Shown here: positions 23,943 to 38,545 of the stretch, piece by piece
How the letters are laid out: the number at the start of each line of letters is the position of its first letter
Numbering within the stretch: position 1 is the stretch's first letter
NCBI GenBank assembly: GCA_973851085.1
Contig: OZ316776.1
Location: forward strand, 14,446,001-14,510,000
Length of the DNA: 64,000 nucleotides
Direction: 5' to 3'
DNA from: Ptychomitrium polyphyllum
Taxonomy: Eukaryota
The notes under the pieces: model-generated
Seen by the model: the letters and a program-made list of their open reading frames with translations, nothing else
Told to the model about the DNA's origin: nothing
Databases searched by the model: none
Position numbers and translations under genes: made by a program

Positions 23943-26239
23943 GCTTCTTAGCAGCGAAAAGAAAACAGCAAGACTATCCGGCACAAGAGGGTAGAGAACA
24001 GCGAGTTCGGATGCTTGCACTGAACGAGCTAAGAAATGGATTCTGCACCTCGTCTCTGCTCAATTACCATCTGCTCATGGATCCATACCCAAAACCGTCT
24101 GTATCCAAAGCTGACACTACGCCTCACAGGCCAGCATAGATATATCAGTTTTGTGTATACTTCCCTTGCATCTTAACTTTTCTGTTCAAGGAGTTGTCCG
24201 TAGTGTGTGCATTGTGGAGGGGATGCCTTGGGCCGTCATTCTGAGGCAATGGGTGGAACCACAGGGAGTGGGGACATTTTCCCAAGTCCGCTTTTGGATT
24301 GGTATACGAGTGATACTCGTGTGCTACTGGTGCAGTATTGGTGTGATACTTCGGCTTGTATCTTGTGTAATGGGCAGTCGTTACAGTGTCCTTGGAGGGG
24401 GACGGTCAGGGGGTTGGTGAGAGTGGTGACTGCTGCCATGAATGACCATCTTCGTAATCAGTGATGGTCCCTCCAGATGTTGCAGGGTTGCAAACCTCTG
24501 CTGTCATGCAGCTTAACTTCTGACATGGAATGCTGTCAACTTCAACTTCAACTTCAGATGAAATGATGTCAAGGGACGGTGCACTACTAGAGGTACCTAC
24601 AATACAATCAAGTTTTTGGTATTTGTGCTCGGGTGAAAATTCAATTTGTTAGTTAATGCTTTTCCCCCTTGTACAATGAAACGCAAACTCAATGCAAAAA
24701 GAAAGTACAACCATTCAGGGCAGGGAGGGAGCCGCTCACAGATAATAGGCCTAGACTTACAAGTGGCAATATAATAAATTTTTTTGTGCATGCAGTTATG
24801 CAATCTTGCTTCCTGTAAGATTCGAGCAAAAAGAATTTGATGGAAAATGTCTATAATTTTGAAAATCATTTTGTTAAATGCCCAATTACAAGAGGGTTTA
24901 TAATAGAACCATACTGAGTATTATGATGAATTCAAGAGTAGTGACCTTAAGAGTGGTGAACTTAGAATTGTTACTGTTATTCGAAGGGATTGCAAACTTT
25001 TTAAAAACCATTTGTAGCTAAGTTCATAATGAAGTGTGTAGAGGATAATTCCAAGCAAGGCTATGTAGTAGTATAATTATTCATGGTAAAAACATTAGAG
25101 GATTTGTTTTTAGCTTATTTTATATCTTGCATCTATTTAAAAAATGAACATAATTAAATCTAATTTAACTTAGAAACTTTGTAATTAAAATTATGTTTGT
25201 ATGCAATTTACAAAAAATTAGGTTTTACAATTATTTAAAGAACATTTAGAATAGTCAGCATAATGAGACAAGCCCAAATGTCTTCTTTCATTATTCTTAA
25301 ACAACATTTGGAAGATCATGTAAGAGAAATCTCTACTATCATTAAATATTAATTTTTTGCATAAACAAAAGAGTCACAAAAATTGAACCTAGCTCCTAAG
25401 ATTTTCTTCATAACAATGGCCATCTCTTTTCACCAAGTAAAACCATTACAAGAATATCATATCTTTATATTCAAATTATTGACATTTGAATGCACTTCTT
25501 AAATTATAAAAAAGACGAAGTAAACTTTGTTGTTTATAAAGCAAGTTGGTAGACATTGACTTGATTTCTAAAACCTTGACTTTTTGTTTTGTTAGCTAAA
25601 TTGTAAAGGCGTAATACTCAATTCTAAGGAGATCCATTGTAGGTATTTTATATTTGATTTATAGAACAATTGCTTTCAATTTTTTCTTGATACAAATTAA
25701 ATTCCAATGTTCTTCACAAAGGTTATGTTACATGCTAGATGGTACACAAGGAATTTGATGTGCAAGGAACCATAATACATTAAACATCAATTCATATGGC
25801 AACCTTAAATGCTATAAACATCCTTGGTAGCAAAAACATCTTTGGACATGTTTTCTTTGATATATTAAAGACCTTCTTTGTTTTATGTAGATGATTGTGA
25901 CAATTAATATTAAAAATGGTCAAATTTTCAAGGACATTTTAAAATTCTATATTGAAATGATAACTTTGATTGAGTATAATTCTTCACTTTATTGTTCAAG
26001 TCTTGAAAATCCAATCCACCTATGCTTGTCAATAAGTATGAATAATATGGATTATTTAAGAAGACAACTTATTTTTGCTATTATCTAACAAGGTTTCTTC
26101 TTACATTTGCAATTTGAAATTCTTTCTTTGTAAGTAACAAATAGCTTTGAATATAGGTTATGATTTCTTCTTTTTTTGGTACCTAATTTGTTCTGGATGA
26201 CAATTTTTATTTATATAACATCCTTTTAAATATAAGTTT

Positions 26240-26634
26240 TGAGCCCATTAAAGGTCCAAAATAAACTTCAAAATATTTGTGGTTATAGAAATATCCAAAT
26301 TTCCTCACAATCAATGATTCATTTTCCATATCCCTTCATGGAAATGTAATTTTCATCCCATTTACGTTGTAACATACATTCTTTTGAAATAAATAGGGAA
26401 AATTTTATCATAAAGAACAATTTTGTTATGCAATGACATTCCTACAATATGCATATGCTTAAGTTCCAAGGAGTATTTTGTTTGGAAATTGCTATATTTG
26501 TCTTTTTTGCATGCTAAAGAATAAATTATAAGCATTGACAATGCTTTTGTTTGTATGTGAAAATCTTCTTTTATAAATAAATGGAACTCATCAAATGCAA
26601 GTAAGGTACTTGTTACAAAGAATGTTGCAAATAA
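26240..26634 (-). pseudogene. Decayed reading frame of unknown origin in AT-rich DNA
   Basis: 90 stop-free codons at 26634-26365 (LFATFFVTSTLLAFDEFHLFIKEDFH...KIFPIYFKRMYVTT). The same frame continues through scattered stops (KLHFHEGIWK...GNLDISITTNILKFIL). Confidence 0.4.
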
Positions 26635-27576
26635 TCACATTGTGACACTAACTTTCACAAAATTTTAACCTGTTCAATAGAATTTTTATTGGATCTAAAC
26701 TTTTCAATGGATTCAGATTATCAAATTTATAAAGAAATGGGGGCATTTCTTGCTGAATTTTTGAAATCCAAATTCATTGAATAATTTAGTCTTAATAATT
26801 ACCTAATTGTTATAATCCAAAAACCTCTCTTGAAAAGAAAAAAACCTCAATATAAATGCAAATAAGACACTTAAACTTATAATCCACGTAAACACTTAAA
26901 ACAAGGTGTATTATACTATTGCTTTAGGATGGAATGTTAGTTTAAAATTTTAATTTTGAAAAGAGATTTTTTCAAAAAACTAAAATACTAAAAATTGAAG
27001 AAACCTTTCTTGGCATTTTATTAAAGGAGTACTATTATCATGTAAATTGAACTACCATTTCTCATCATTAATCAAAAAATATAAAAATTAGGCTTTTGTT
27101 CAAAAATGCTATGTTTTGAAGCATCTATAAAGGGGCACCTCAGACGTTATTTCATGATTGACACCTGGATTAACAAGCCTTAATTCCTATAACAAACTCA
27201 ACCTTCCCATGCATGATTGGGCAAGAAGCAAGAAAGTCTAAGCAAGGCTATCATAACGTCCTCTAGTAACCCTACCAAATAAGGTCCCTCAAAGGAATAA
27301 CTTCAGCACCTAAAAAATACAATTTTATTGTTAAAACCTTATTCTGCTGATGCAGGGCTTCTCCAAAAAAAGAAATACAGAGGATCATAAATCTTTTAAA
27401 CACAGAAATGAGAGCTCATATGCCAGACTGTTGGAGTTCAGATATCATAAGGGATGATATCCTTGAAAATCACCAATGGGACGATTTGATTGATATTTGT
27501 ACTGGCTTAGAGTTTGCTTTAAAACTAAAATGGAGTGTGTCACTACCTTAAGAGCTCTTTAATGATAAGACTACTA

Positions 27577-30500
27577 CTACCTACGCCGAAAATCAGGCCT
27601 TCCGCCATCAGTATCCCTGTTGTCTCGGTCATGCCAACCCAGCTGATCATTAGAACGGGGATCCTTCATGCGGTGTTCACCACTACTCCTAGTGTCTCTA
27701 TGGTGCTCATTGTTTCGAGCTCCTGGTGCATCCCAAGGGTGGGGAGCTCCATCCCAATTGTTAAAGGGAGTTCCTCTGGAATCCACCGGCCTCACAGGAG
27801 CTAAATGTTGTTGAGGTTGCTGCTGTTGAGATTGGAAGTGGTTGGCATGCTGCCATTGAGGTTGAGGTTGGAAGCGCCCACGAGGTTGCTCTTGAGGTTG
27901 CCATTGAGGTGGCAATAACGGAGGCGGCAATAATGTGGTTGGGGCTTGTTGCTGGTGATGCTGGGGAGGAGGCCAAGTCAGTTCCTGCTGGACAGTCAAG
28001 GGTGGACCAAGTGGAGGAGCCCCACCCACCGCTGCCGCTGGGTCGAAGTGGGGGTGAGGAGGGGGTGCACCCATCTGGTGATTCTCATACAGAGGAGGCC
28101 TTAACTGGAACTGAGCCGAAGGACGCCACTCTGGTAAGTCATTCCTTGGCATAGCATTGCCCAGAGGTTGAAGTGCCCCATGACCCCCGACTTGCATAGA
28201 GGAAGCACTCACACCCCCGTTGTACTGTTGTAGCTGCCCTGGTTGACCCAACATAGCCTGCCCATGGCCACCACCTCCTGGGCCTACTCTCAAAGGTTGA
28301 TCCTGTTGTAAGGGCCTGAACTCACCCTCATGAGGACGGTTGTCTACAGACATGGGAGCAGCTACAGGGGTGTAATAACTACGAGGGGGATTTCGAGAGA
28401 GGTAAGAAGTGGAGTCTTGGGGTGGAGGAGGAGGACCGGGAGGCCTGGGTGGATACCCGGAGGAGGAAAACTCAGGGTTAGAAGGGGGAGGAAGAGGGTC
28501 TCTGGCAGGACTCTGACGAGGTGGGAACTGGGAGAGGTGAGAAGGGGGATCTGGGTTCAGAGACGGACCAGGGAGCGGATTAAACTGGCCAGGTGAACGA
28601 GGAGGGGGACCTGGGGGTAGAGTTTGAACACTGAAATCAAATTCAGGAAGGTCATCATCGTCTTCTGAGAGAGGTTGCCGAGGCGGCATGGTTTGAGCTG
28701 GCCGAGGCCAGAATCCGGGAGGGACATCTGCAGGAGGGAGAGAAGGGGCGGGTTGTCTAGGATCTAGATGCTGACGGGATGCATTAGAGGGTAGGGAGTA
28801 AGGTGGTTGCCGGACAGAGAATCCCGGAGGCATATCAGTGGTGGCATCAGAAGGAGCGGGAATAATACGGTGAGATTTCAGCACATTTGCATGAGAGGCT
28901 GTTGTAGTAGTGGTAGTGGAAGACGGCCAGTTCCTAACAGGTGAGGGATCTTTCGTGGGTGAGGACTCAACAGGGAATTTAAGGAGATGCATTGATGATG
29001 CAGCAGAGCTTACATTAGTAACGCCTCGCGACCTTGATCTAGGGTCACTGCTTGGATCTTTTGATGGACCCATCCCAGCCCGACTACTCTTGGAGATAGA
29101 CTCATGATGAGTTGAAGATGCAACCGCATGTCTCTTTAAATTATTGTTACGGTCAGGCACCCTAGAAGATGATAAATGGCTTCTACGCCACACAACAACA
29201 CCCACTAACACTACGTCCTTGCCGAGTGTTTCTGGTGATATGTTAGGGTGTCCATGCTCACTAAGAAGTTTGGTGGTGCCACTGCCAGGTGGCAGCAAGT
29301 AAAGCTCATAACCCGACCGAGGCTCCACAAAGCCCACTCTATCTCCCATTTGGTACTGACTTGCAACCTGCCATTTCCACAAAGAAACACACCAGAAAAG
29401 GCATGTCAATAACTTTTACAGCATCCCCCAAAAAACTAGTGATTACACGAACCAACCTATGATTTTAAGACACAAGCGATAATAAGAACACACCATTCCT
29501 TGTTCCTTCGGCCAAACAATACTCCGATTATAATCTACTAATAAATATCAAATTATCACGTACTCAAAGTCCCCTAATTATACGAAGATGATAAAAAACT
29601 CGGGGTTTCAGTTGCCATGGAAAATGAAGTAACCAGAAGTATAGTTCTTTCCACCTTGAAAAAAAACCATTCCCTCCTGGTGTTCACAAAAAGAACTTGT
29701 TCTATATTTCACAGTACACAGCTTTCTGTCGAAGGCATCTAACAACACTCATCTTGAGGAGTTCTAACGAGCACCACAACCCAACAAACCTAGGCTACTA
29801 ATCATGACCAAAATTTTATAATCTTCCACAGCCATGGTGGCTAAATGCATACATCTTCATAGCTAAGTATGGCACGTTAATGATGAGCTTAAAAAGGACG
29901 CTGGATCCCAGAAGCTGGGAAACAAACTTCTTGCAACAATACCCCAACTTACGTTTCTACATGTATAGACTCACCGAGAAGTTCTGAAGAGCACGTTCCT
30001 TACAAAGCAGATGCATGTACTTCCAAGAACCTCAGAAACAAGAGAAAATAGATAGATAGAAGTAGATGACCAACCTCCTTGACGTGCTCTGTAGCTGATG
30101 TCTGATCCGTATGTCCTTCCTGCACGAGAATAGAAACCACCTGCAAGGATAAAAACAATAAATAAGGTTAGGTTATGTCCCCAGGGAAACAAAGGGATGG
30201 GGTCTGAAAAATACTTGGTAGGCATCTTGCAAACCAATCTTTCAGAAAATGATCGACTTAAGAACAGTGTCATCAGCATAGTTTACAGACAAGAGTGCCA
30301 CAGAAGTCACACAAGGTACAATGTACAACTCCAAAAACTTCAACTCAACAATCAAAGACCACGCCAATAGCGTTTTGACTGAGAAAGAGTTGGAACGAAA
30401 AAAACATCCACTTCTTGCAAAAAAACTTCAAGAATGGGCAGCCCTAAAAAACGCTTCCATAAGTTACAGAAGTATGAATATAGATATAAGAAAAAGAGTC

Positions 30501-33500
30501 ATATGCATGATAACCTAAGCCTGGAATGTCTCTAACTGAAGTCACGAGGTGCAAGAAGTATACAAGGGACACCCGCAGAGTAAGGCAGATTCGCAGGAAA
30601 ACATATAAAACCCTGCCACCACCTCTCGGTCAAAAGTCGGTTTCTAAATAACATGATCTGAAGGAATCCAACACTACTGTTTAAAAGTATAAACTATACT
30701 ATGTTTGCTAACGGATATGTTTATTCTGATGACCCTGGACATCTCAATAAGCTATGTTATTGTTGTAGAGTATTATCACAGAAGTCCTTGTTGAACTGAG
30801 AACCTTGTCAAAAGTTCTCAAGATATCAAGTTTCACACTCCAAGCAAAAAGAATGTTCCATAAGAGCGTTTACATAGAATGGACGACCATGGTGAGACCC
30901 CATAGAGGTATCACAATAGCCTGAGACAAGCATGATTAGTGCAAGCCTACCAGGACACTACCCCATGTATGTAAGAACTAGACTATCAAAAACTGCAATT
31001 ACGACCTCCACTGCTGAGTACCCAGTTTTCAGATAGGGATCATGATCGTCAAGCGCACCACAACGCACGGAAGTACTCGCTTGTTGCATGTATATTCCAT
31101 ATCCGATCTGTGCACTGCTCACAGAAAGAGTTCACGAATGGTGATAAGATTGCCAATTTGCAGCTACTGGTCGATGTGATGCACATACAGCACAGAACAT
31201 TACTGCAGAAAAAGGCCACCTCCACGAGAAAGCGTCGTCCATGCACACCCTGACAGCATCCTTTGATTCTGTCCTTAGAATGACACACAGGGTGATATCG
31301 GTTCTTACTATTTCCAGAAACTCGGAAGTCAGCAAAACTTATTACGTCTAGATATTTCACCACCCACTGTGTCCCCAGGATCTTTACAGCTCAACCCGTT
31401 CACGTTATACGTCCACAAAAGCTAGAAATTCAAGAGAAACTAAAAGAGTCGAGAGCAGCCACCTCCACTTACGTATTAATTGCTTAGTGTTCAAACTCGT
31501 TGAATACTATCTACCAGGTTGAGTGTATGCTTACGAGATTAAAAAATGAACTTCACGCTTGAATTTTGAAAAAAATGATTATCACTTCGTTCCTGGCCCA
31601 TTATATTGATTTTAACGGAGCTATTGAAATCACTAGAAAGTGAAGGTATCTAATAGCATGGTAACTAGCAGAAAACAGAAAGTTGTGAATCTCGTGCATA
31701 GTTCAGGCCAACAGATCGCACCATCACACTGAGCACCGGTCACACAATGCTAAGCTTTTTGAAACAAACTGGTAGACGGCAGAGAGCTCAATGAATTGCA
31801 CGAGCGACTGTGGATGACATATGGCAGTTAGATAATTTTAATTCCAACGTTAGAACGAATCAGATCATACCAAAGTTAAAGCTACTTTTACAAAAGACTT
31901 TAATTTATTAACGACGAGCACCTAATCCCAATTGACTAAATCGGTGACTCAAATGGAAGAGACATGACAATCTGCTTACTGCATTACAAACATGGCAAGA
32001 ACATAGTGAGAAGGGTACCACAAAAGATCTGATATTCACAAAAGATTTGAGTACAAAAGCATAGCTCAATACTTGTCCAAAATGTTCGGCATGAGCAGGA
32101 TTTAAAGATTAAGGACGTCACAAAAGCTTGAGGCTGTACCGTGACTGCGCGTGACCGAGACTGCTGCAATTCCTGAAGAAATTTGTCCAAGTGCGCTAAT
32201 CTCACCCTTCCCTTTAACTCAAGTGACTTTGGCCAGTGCTTCAAGTCAACTTTTTCGCCACTGCACAACAGATCAATAAAGTCAGGCAACAACATTTAGT
32301 TTAAAAGGCTGCAAATGTCGGCAGTCCTGCTCTATCTCCAAAAGTGCTTATAAATAGTTATCGATACACAACTCGCTCGCTGGTAACGATGTTGAACATG
32401 AAACGTTCACATGTGAAACAGCAAGGAGAAAATACAGAAGCACTAAAAACAAAGAGGAGAAAAATAGACCCGCAATAGACGAGCAAATCCTGTTCAAGGG
32501 TCAAACCAGACAGCTTTCCTGCTGTAACAAGAGACTCATAGGCCAAACTATACCTTCAAACATGTACCCTAACTTCTCATTGATCAAACTGAGACGGTAA
32601 ACAAAACATTATTGGTCCAATAACACATACCTTCGATGAGAGACGACCAACGGAGACTGCCGATTACCACTTAGTTGAATCTGACCCGTCCAGGAAACTC
32701 CAGCCCTTTCGGTTTTCCCAGTATCACTTGATTGCTTAGCAAGGACTGGCGTCGAATCAACATGTTTCACACTCAGGCTCCCCTCCGCGTGTCTTACATT
32801 TGGGCTCTCGTCACGATTGCCAACAGTTTCTTCCTTTACAGTCTTAGCAGTGGTACTTTGGGGGCTTAGGCCAGCCTTGAACAGGCTCGGACTGGCAATG
32901 TTGTCAAGGGCCTCCTGCACTTCCATCCCCTGACTAGGTTTTGAAGAATCTCTGGGCTCAATAGGTGCATCTTCAAACACGTCTTCCTGAACTCCTCCAT
33001 CGTCTTGAGCTTCCATATACTCATCGAGTGACATGATAGTTGGCAATAATGTCGTTGTTTCAGACAACTCAGCATGAATCGTTTCCATAGTATTTTTCTC
33101 CTCCGTAATCAGGCTCGAACGTGATAAAGCTCCGCCTACACTGTCATTCACATCTGAACTATTTCGTTTCAATGAAGGGGAGCTGCCATACTTGGACTTG
33201 TTTGCTAAGTGTTTGACTTGCTCTTCCATATGTACAGAAGCTTCCTGCTGAGCCTTCTCCTCTACTTTGTTAACAGGAAATACTGATCGAGTGACAACTG
33301 GGACTATATCCACAGTACTCTCATTCTGAACATCCACAACGAACTCTCCCTTGTGAGTCTTTTTGACAACTTTTCCAGATACTATATCAGCATCGGTGAG
33401 GACAAGCATTTTATCAAGGGCTTGTTCTTTGGCATTGCGCCAGTCTGAGAGCTCCTTTGATGCTAGCTGTTCACCACTCATACGACATAAATCTGCAGGA

Positions 33501-35701
33501 GGAATTGCCCCAGAAAATACTCGTGCCCGAAGCTCTGGATTACTTTTGTCTTTCAGATTAAAGAGAAGTGAACGAGCTTTTTGGTTGTACGTCTTCTTGG
33601 ACCCATATAGCTTAAACAATTCAGCTTCAATATCAGTAGCAAGCTTTCTTGCTTGGTCCACAATATGAAGACCTCCTTTTACATCCTCTACTGCTATTCT
33701 GCCCTCCTTTTCCTCAATCTCTAGCTTTCTGTGAACAAAATCATCAAACTGGGCAAACTCTGTCTTCAATTTCTTAAAAGGTGATTCCGCCACATATGCT
33801 CCATTGTCGTATTCTTCTTGCTCAAAGTTCAATCTATAATCGTCTACGTTGGCAGAAAGTTCCGGAACTGACACTTCTCCCCCCATCAAATCTATATTCA
33901 TAGCCTCAGTTTCTAAAGGGCCTAGATCAACCACAAGTGACTCAACAACCTGCCCACTCTTGGGGCTTTCATGTTCCTGTTACAAGTCCAGACAATCCGC
34001 AAGCAAAGTAAGAAAAAGCCACGTCTAACTCAAGATCCGCATCAATAAGTTCAAATCAAAGACGAAAAAGGTCGGAGAAAATCCGCAAAACTACACTACC
34101 AGATGCAAGAAGCGGGACGCCTTATAACACCCATTAAGCCCAAGCAATTATGTCACTATATTTCCTCTAATGAGGACTATGAATAGATTCGTCAAGCTAA
34201 AACAGAAGCTACTCAAGGCTCACCTGATGCAATACTTCCAATGTTAATGAAGGTTGACCAGCCCCGATTTCTTGAATCGCATCCGCACCCACTCCCAACA
34301 CACTTTTCACCAACTGCTTACTGACAACCATATCCAGAGCAGACGTCAAGGAGTCTCGCAACTTCTGACGCGCAGCTTGCATGTCTGAAATACCAGGGGC
34401 AGGTGTAGGAGAAGGTGTTTCAATCATATGCACCTGATATAAAATAAAAACATCAGACAGTTACTACCTTTAACTGGTGTAAAATCCAAAACAAGTCCAA
34501 CTGCTAAGATTGTAACAGGTTTAGGAACAACAAAATTCCATAAAATCTGATAAAAAAAATCGAATTGTTTTCACAAACATGACATTAAAACTCCTGAGAG
34601 TAGCAACAGCTAAAGGAATTGATGGAAGCATAATGCAGATCATTTGCAACATGCAAAAAATTACTACCATAATTATGATACCATCAAAATTCACATAAAA
34701 TAACAACCTGCAATACTACATAGAAATAAAGCGGCAGATATATCTTTTACATGTAAAAAAAGTCACACATTTCATTTACCTTAGGCTGGACATCGAGTTG
34801 ACGCGACTTGATATCCACAAAGTCTCGACTTTTATAGTCCAATTCTCTTGTTACCATCATTTCCTGCAAAATTACGAACACGAAGTTCATTATCCCGAGC
34901 ACATAAGTCTTGCAAGCCTAATTTGAGAAGTATCTGCCACTCCTACGAATAAAAATCCGACACGGTGGCAGCGTACTCATGAGTATGTTAAAGAGCGACA
35001 CACAAGCAACCCTTACATGATGCTGGTGATAAATCTCGGACTTAAGCTAATCGTGTCAATCATGTCAGAAAACACAAATTCACGGCTCGATTATAAGGCT
35101 TAGAAGTTGTTCGAGCAATAGGAGAACAGGCCGTACAAACAAAAGAGATATGAAAACGCACCGCTTCACATCACAAAAATCTCCCTCGAGTACATAAAAT
35201 GAGATAAAACCAAGGGAAGATTGAAGGGGTGGGACACAAGAACGAAGACATTATATCCAATGGGATCGATCATTCAGCATGGTAAACTCCAAATAAACTT
35301 CTAAATACCATCAGCCACATACTAGACCCATCCGAAAGTAATCGATAGAATAACTGCACATGATAGTAGTGGGTAATCATTCTTATCAGAAACTACTGTA
35401 ACATAAAGGTGGCCGCTTTTAGAATCTCAAATTCCTAAAAACTGGTTTGAGAGACGAGTCCAAACTAACCTCGATTACCAAGAAAACGAAACTATGCACA
35501 AAAGACTATTAAACGCCCTCCAATTTCAAAATCGAGGAGAATAGAACGACATACCTTCAGCTGATGGTCGTGATGCTTCTTTGTCCTTATTTCCAGCTTC
35601 TCTCGAAAAGTCGGCTGAGGTTTCGGGAGCTCCATGTCCATATCGGGAGGAAACTCAAACGGGTCAAACAAACTGGACGTATCCATAGCGAGTAACGACA
35701 T
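27577..35701 (-). CDS. TFIIS central domain + SPOC domain protein (BORDER/PHF3/DIDO-like) with a long Pro/Gln-rich C-terminus, about 1254 aa
   Basis: In-frame GT-AG exons 35701-35555, 34863-34780, 34433-34224, 33976-32631, 32260-32140, 30140-30075 and 29367-27577. TFIIS-M: IEAELFKLYG..YNQKARSLLFNLKDKSNPELR..MSGEQLASKELSDWR..VKKTHKGE. SPOC: WTGQIQL, SGEKV..WPKSLELKGRVRL..KFLQEL..SRSRAV, RVGFVEP..ELYLLPP, LVGVVVWRR. Also DDDDLPEFDF. Confidence 0.92.
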
Positions 35702-37370
35702 ACTTAAAATCTCCGCCGTCGCGTTGCCACTATACTGCCTTACAGGAGATCTACAGAGTAGCGGTAAACATCCTAGCGATCGGCTGCCAAAGCAGGCCTC
35801 TGTCTTTCTCAGAGAGATTACCAATTTTCTCAACAATCAACTTATCCGCTCAAAAAATCAAATTCACTTGGTTACTAACCAAATAAAGCTCCAATTACAA
35901 CCCCGACCATACTCAATACCTAAAACAAACTCTGACTCGTATATCGATTAAATGAACAGTAAACACCAAACCTACTCCACTCAAACCCTTGACACATCAA
36001 GAGACCTACAGGAGCACAGAACCGGTTCAAGAAACCAAACCACCACAGCTTCACGCAACACAGCAAAACCCGCATCCAAGCAATCCAACCAACAGACAAC
36101 GAACGCTATCTCCAAGATGACCGCCGTCAAGGGTTTGCTCAAAACTCAACATCCCATCCCAGCCCAGCCCAACCCAGCCCAGCCGCCACTAATTGCCTAT
36201 ATCCTATGTTAGAGGAATCCTCCTACAAATCCTCCATAACCTAAACAGAACGCACCGCACCGCCGCTCAAAAGAAAGCCGCAACCCGCACCAGCACGACG
36301 AAACCCCAGTGGACGATTCCACAAAGTACACGCCACGGAAAGCATCCCCGAAAGGATCAAAATGGAGAAGAATTGACTGCGGGATGAGCGAGGGCAGCGG
36401 TGAGGGAAGCCAGGGCAAGCGAACAGCGAGGTGTGGACCGCGGGGTGGCTATGGCGGACAGACGGCCATGGCCGAGCAACAAGAAAGAAGAAAAGAGACG
36501 AAGGCAGCATCCGGACGCACGGTTACTATAAATAAGATTGCGACCCTCGGGCTCCGTGTTGGTGCTCTGCATGGGGCGGTACATCGCTCCGGCCGGTACA
36601 CCACACGGGCTCCGGGCGGGCTATCTGCCGTGGCCGTGGCTGCACCCTACGCCCCCTATCTTTGCCTCTGCTACATTTCCTTCACGTAGATTTTCTAGAT
36701 TCGTAACCACGAACCGTCAGGGCTGTCCGACGATCGTGAGTACTGTTGGTTTGGGTGTACATCCCATAGCGCCCAATCTTTTTTCGTTTTGCAGGGACGC
36801 TAGCATAGCGATGTTGCCTTTCCCTTTGGAGCTGACATGGCGATATTGAATCTTGCAAAAGGGCAAACATCTGCGAACGTGAAGCCATTGGGGTGAATGC
36901 CCAAAATGATCACATAAGCCTGATTATGAGGAGACGCAGGCGATATGCAGGTCCCTTACACGGAAATGAATGTTGTGGTCACCATACAGCCCCAAGCTCC
37001 GATGCACGTGTGGCGATATTTTCAAGAAGTGGTCCCTAAACTAACAAACGGCAGTTCGGCAGACATTTTGCAGTGGAGCTTTGTGGCGCTATCTTGCCTG
37101 TTGTGAAAAGGATTGGTCTCAAGCCCTCAAATGAAACTGTGTGGGACTCCGGGAGCGAGACGCCCACGGACGCTCCTGCACCTAAACCTGACACTATCTG
37201 CACCGTTTGTAGACTTCGCGGAGAGTCGCGGAGAGTCATGTATAGGATGCATATTCAAAACCGCCATGGTGTCTCACGTTGATATTTGACTCTGTTTTTA
37301 TGCAGCCCTTGGGAATGTAAACGTAATACACTGATACCTCTTTATTGTCACTGTGTCACTGTGTTGGGAT

Positions 37371-37520
37371 CCAAGGCATCCACTATCACATGTTCACATA
37401 CAGAAGATGTTGTAATAAAGTCTCAAGGTATCCACTATCACATGTTCACAAAGAGAAGATGTTGTAATAAAGTCCCAAGGCATCCACTATTACATGTTCA
37501 TAAAAGAAAAGATGTTGTAA
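37371..37520. repeat. 52-bp tandem repeat, about 2.9 copies
   Basis: Unit ccaaggcatccactatcacatgttcacatacagaagatgttgtaataaagtc starts at 37371, 37423 and 37475, with a few substitutions. Confidence 0.92.
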
Positions 37521-38399
37521 GAAAATTTCAATTTTGAACTAAATTGGAATGTTTGTGCTCCCTGATAATATCACAATTTAGAAGATATTCTCTAGATATG
37601 AAGATTGGTGATATTACAGAAGGTGACATAAAAGATTTTTGAGTGTCTTGTAATAGATTTTAATGGTTTTGGATTATAGTAACAATTTTTAAAACTAAAA
37701 TGTTATGGATGATATCCAAAACAATCACTTAATACTTATACAAAAGTATCTAGGCTTTTTGAACATGGCAACTTCTAAAATATATAGATTCTATAAATAG
37801 TGATTGTTTTTAATAGTAATCGTTTTTGTTACATATCTTTTAGTTTAGTCTAATTCCAAAGAAAATACTTGCAATACAATGCCTATGTATTTTACTTACA
37901 CAAGCAACAAAACAATAATTACATTGTTTCCTCTTTGAGATTCTAACTTTGCCTTACAAAATCCTATGAGAAGTCAATGTCTAAAACCGTAGTTGTTCTT
38001 AAAAAGCCAACATCATTTGCTATGCAGTATAAAAAGTCTTTTCAAAATTTTATGAAGGACATAATTAATTTGGCTTTTTCAAGTACAATGGCAGTTTTAG
38101 GTAATGACCTCTTTTAGAGTTTTGTATGGCCTCAATGGAACTTAGAAGGAACAATGGAATTACGTTCTTGCAAATTAGGTTGATATATTATATGTGCTTA
38201 GTGGTAAAAATTGAATTGTTAGAACTTTTGAAGGTGGTTGTTTCATATTTGGAAAACTATAATGTGAAGTTTTATATTGATGTGAAACATTGATAGGTGG
38301 ATAATATGGCATATAGGACATTGCAAACATTATTTTCAAAGGTACAAACAAGTAGATAACATGACAAGTAAGTTAATTTATACATCCTACTTGAAGGCA

Positions 38400-38545
38400 T
38401 AAATAAACAAATAATTTTTTTTAAAAAATAACAAAAAAATTAAAAAAAAATAAACAAACAAATAAATATACAAAAAAATAAACAAACAAAAAAATTAATA
38501 AATAAACAAACTAATAAATAAACAAATAAATAAATATAAAACATA
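38400..38545. repeat. A-rich (AAAT/AAAC)n low-complexity tract
   Basis: Run of aaataaacaa-type units. Confidence 0.8.

Noticed and set aside
35952..36888. Cluster of short ORFs upstream of the SPOC gene
   Set aside because: Best explained as 5'-UTR, intron and promoter sequence, with no coding motifs.
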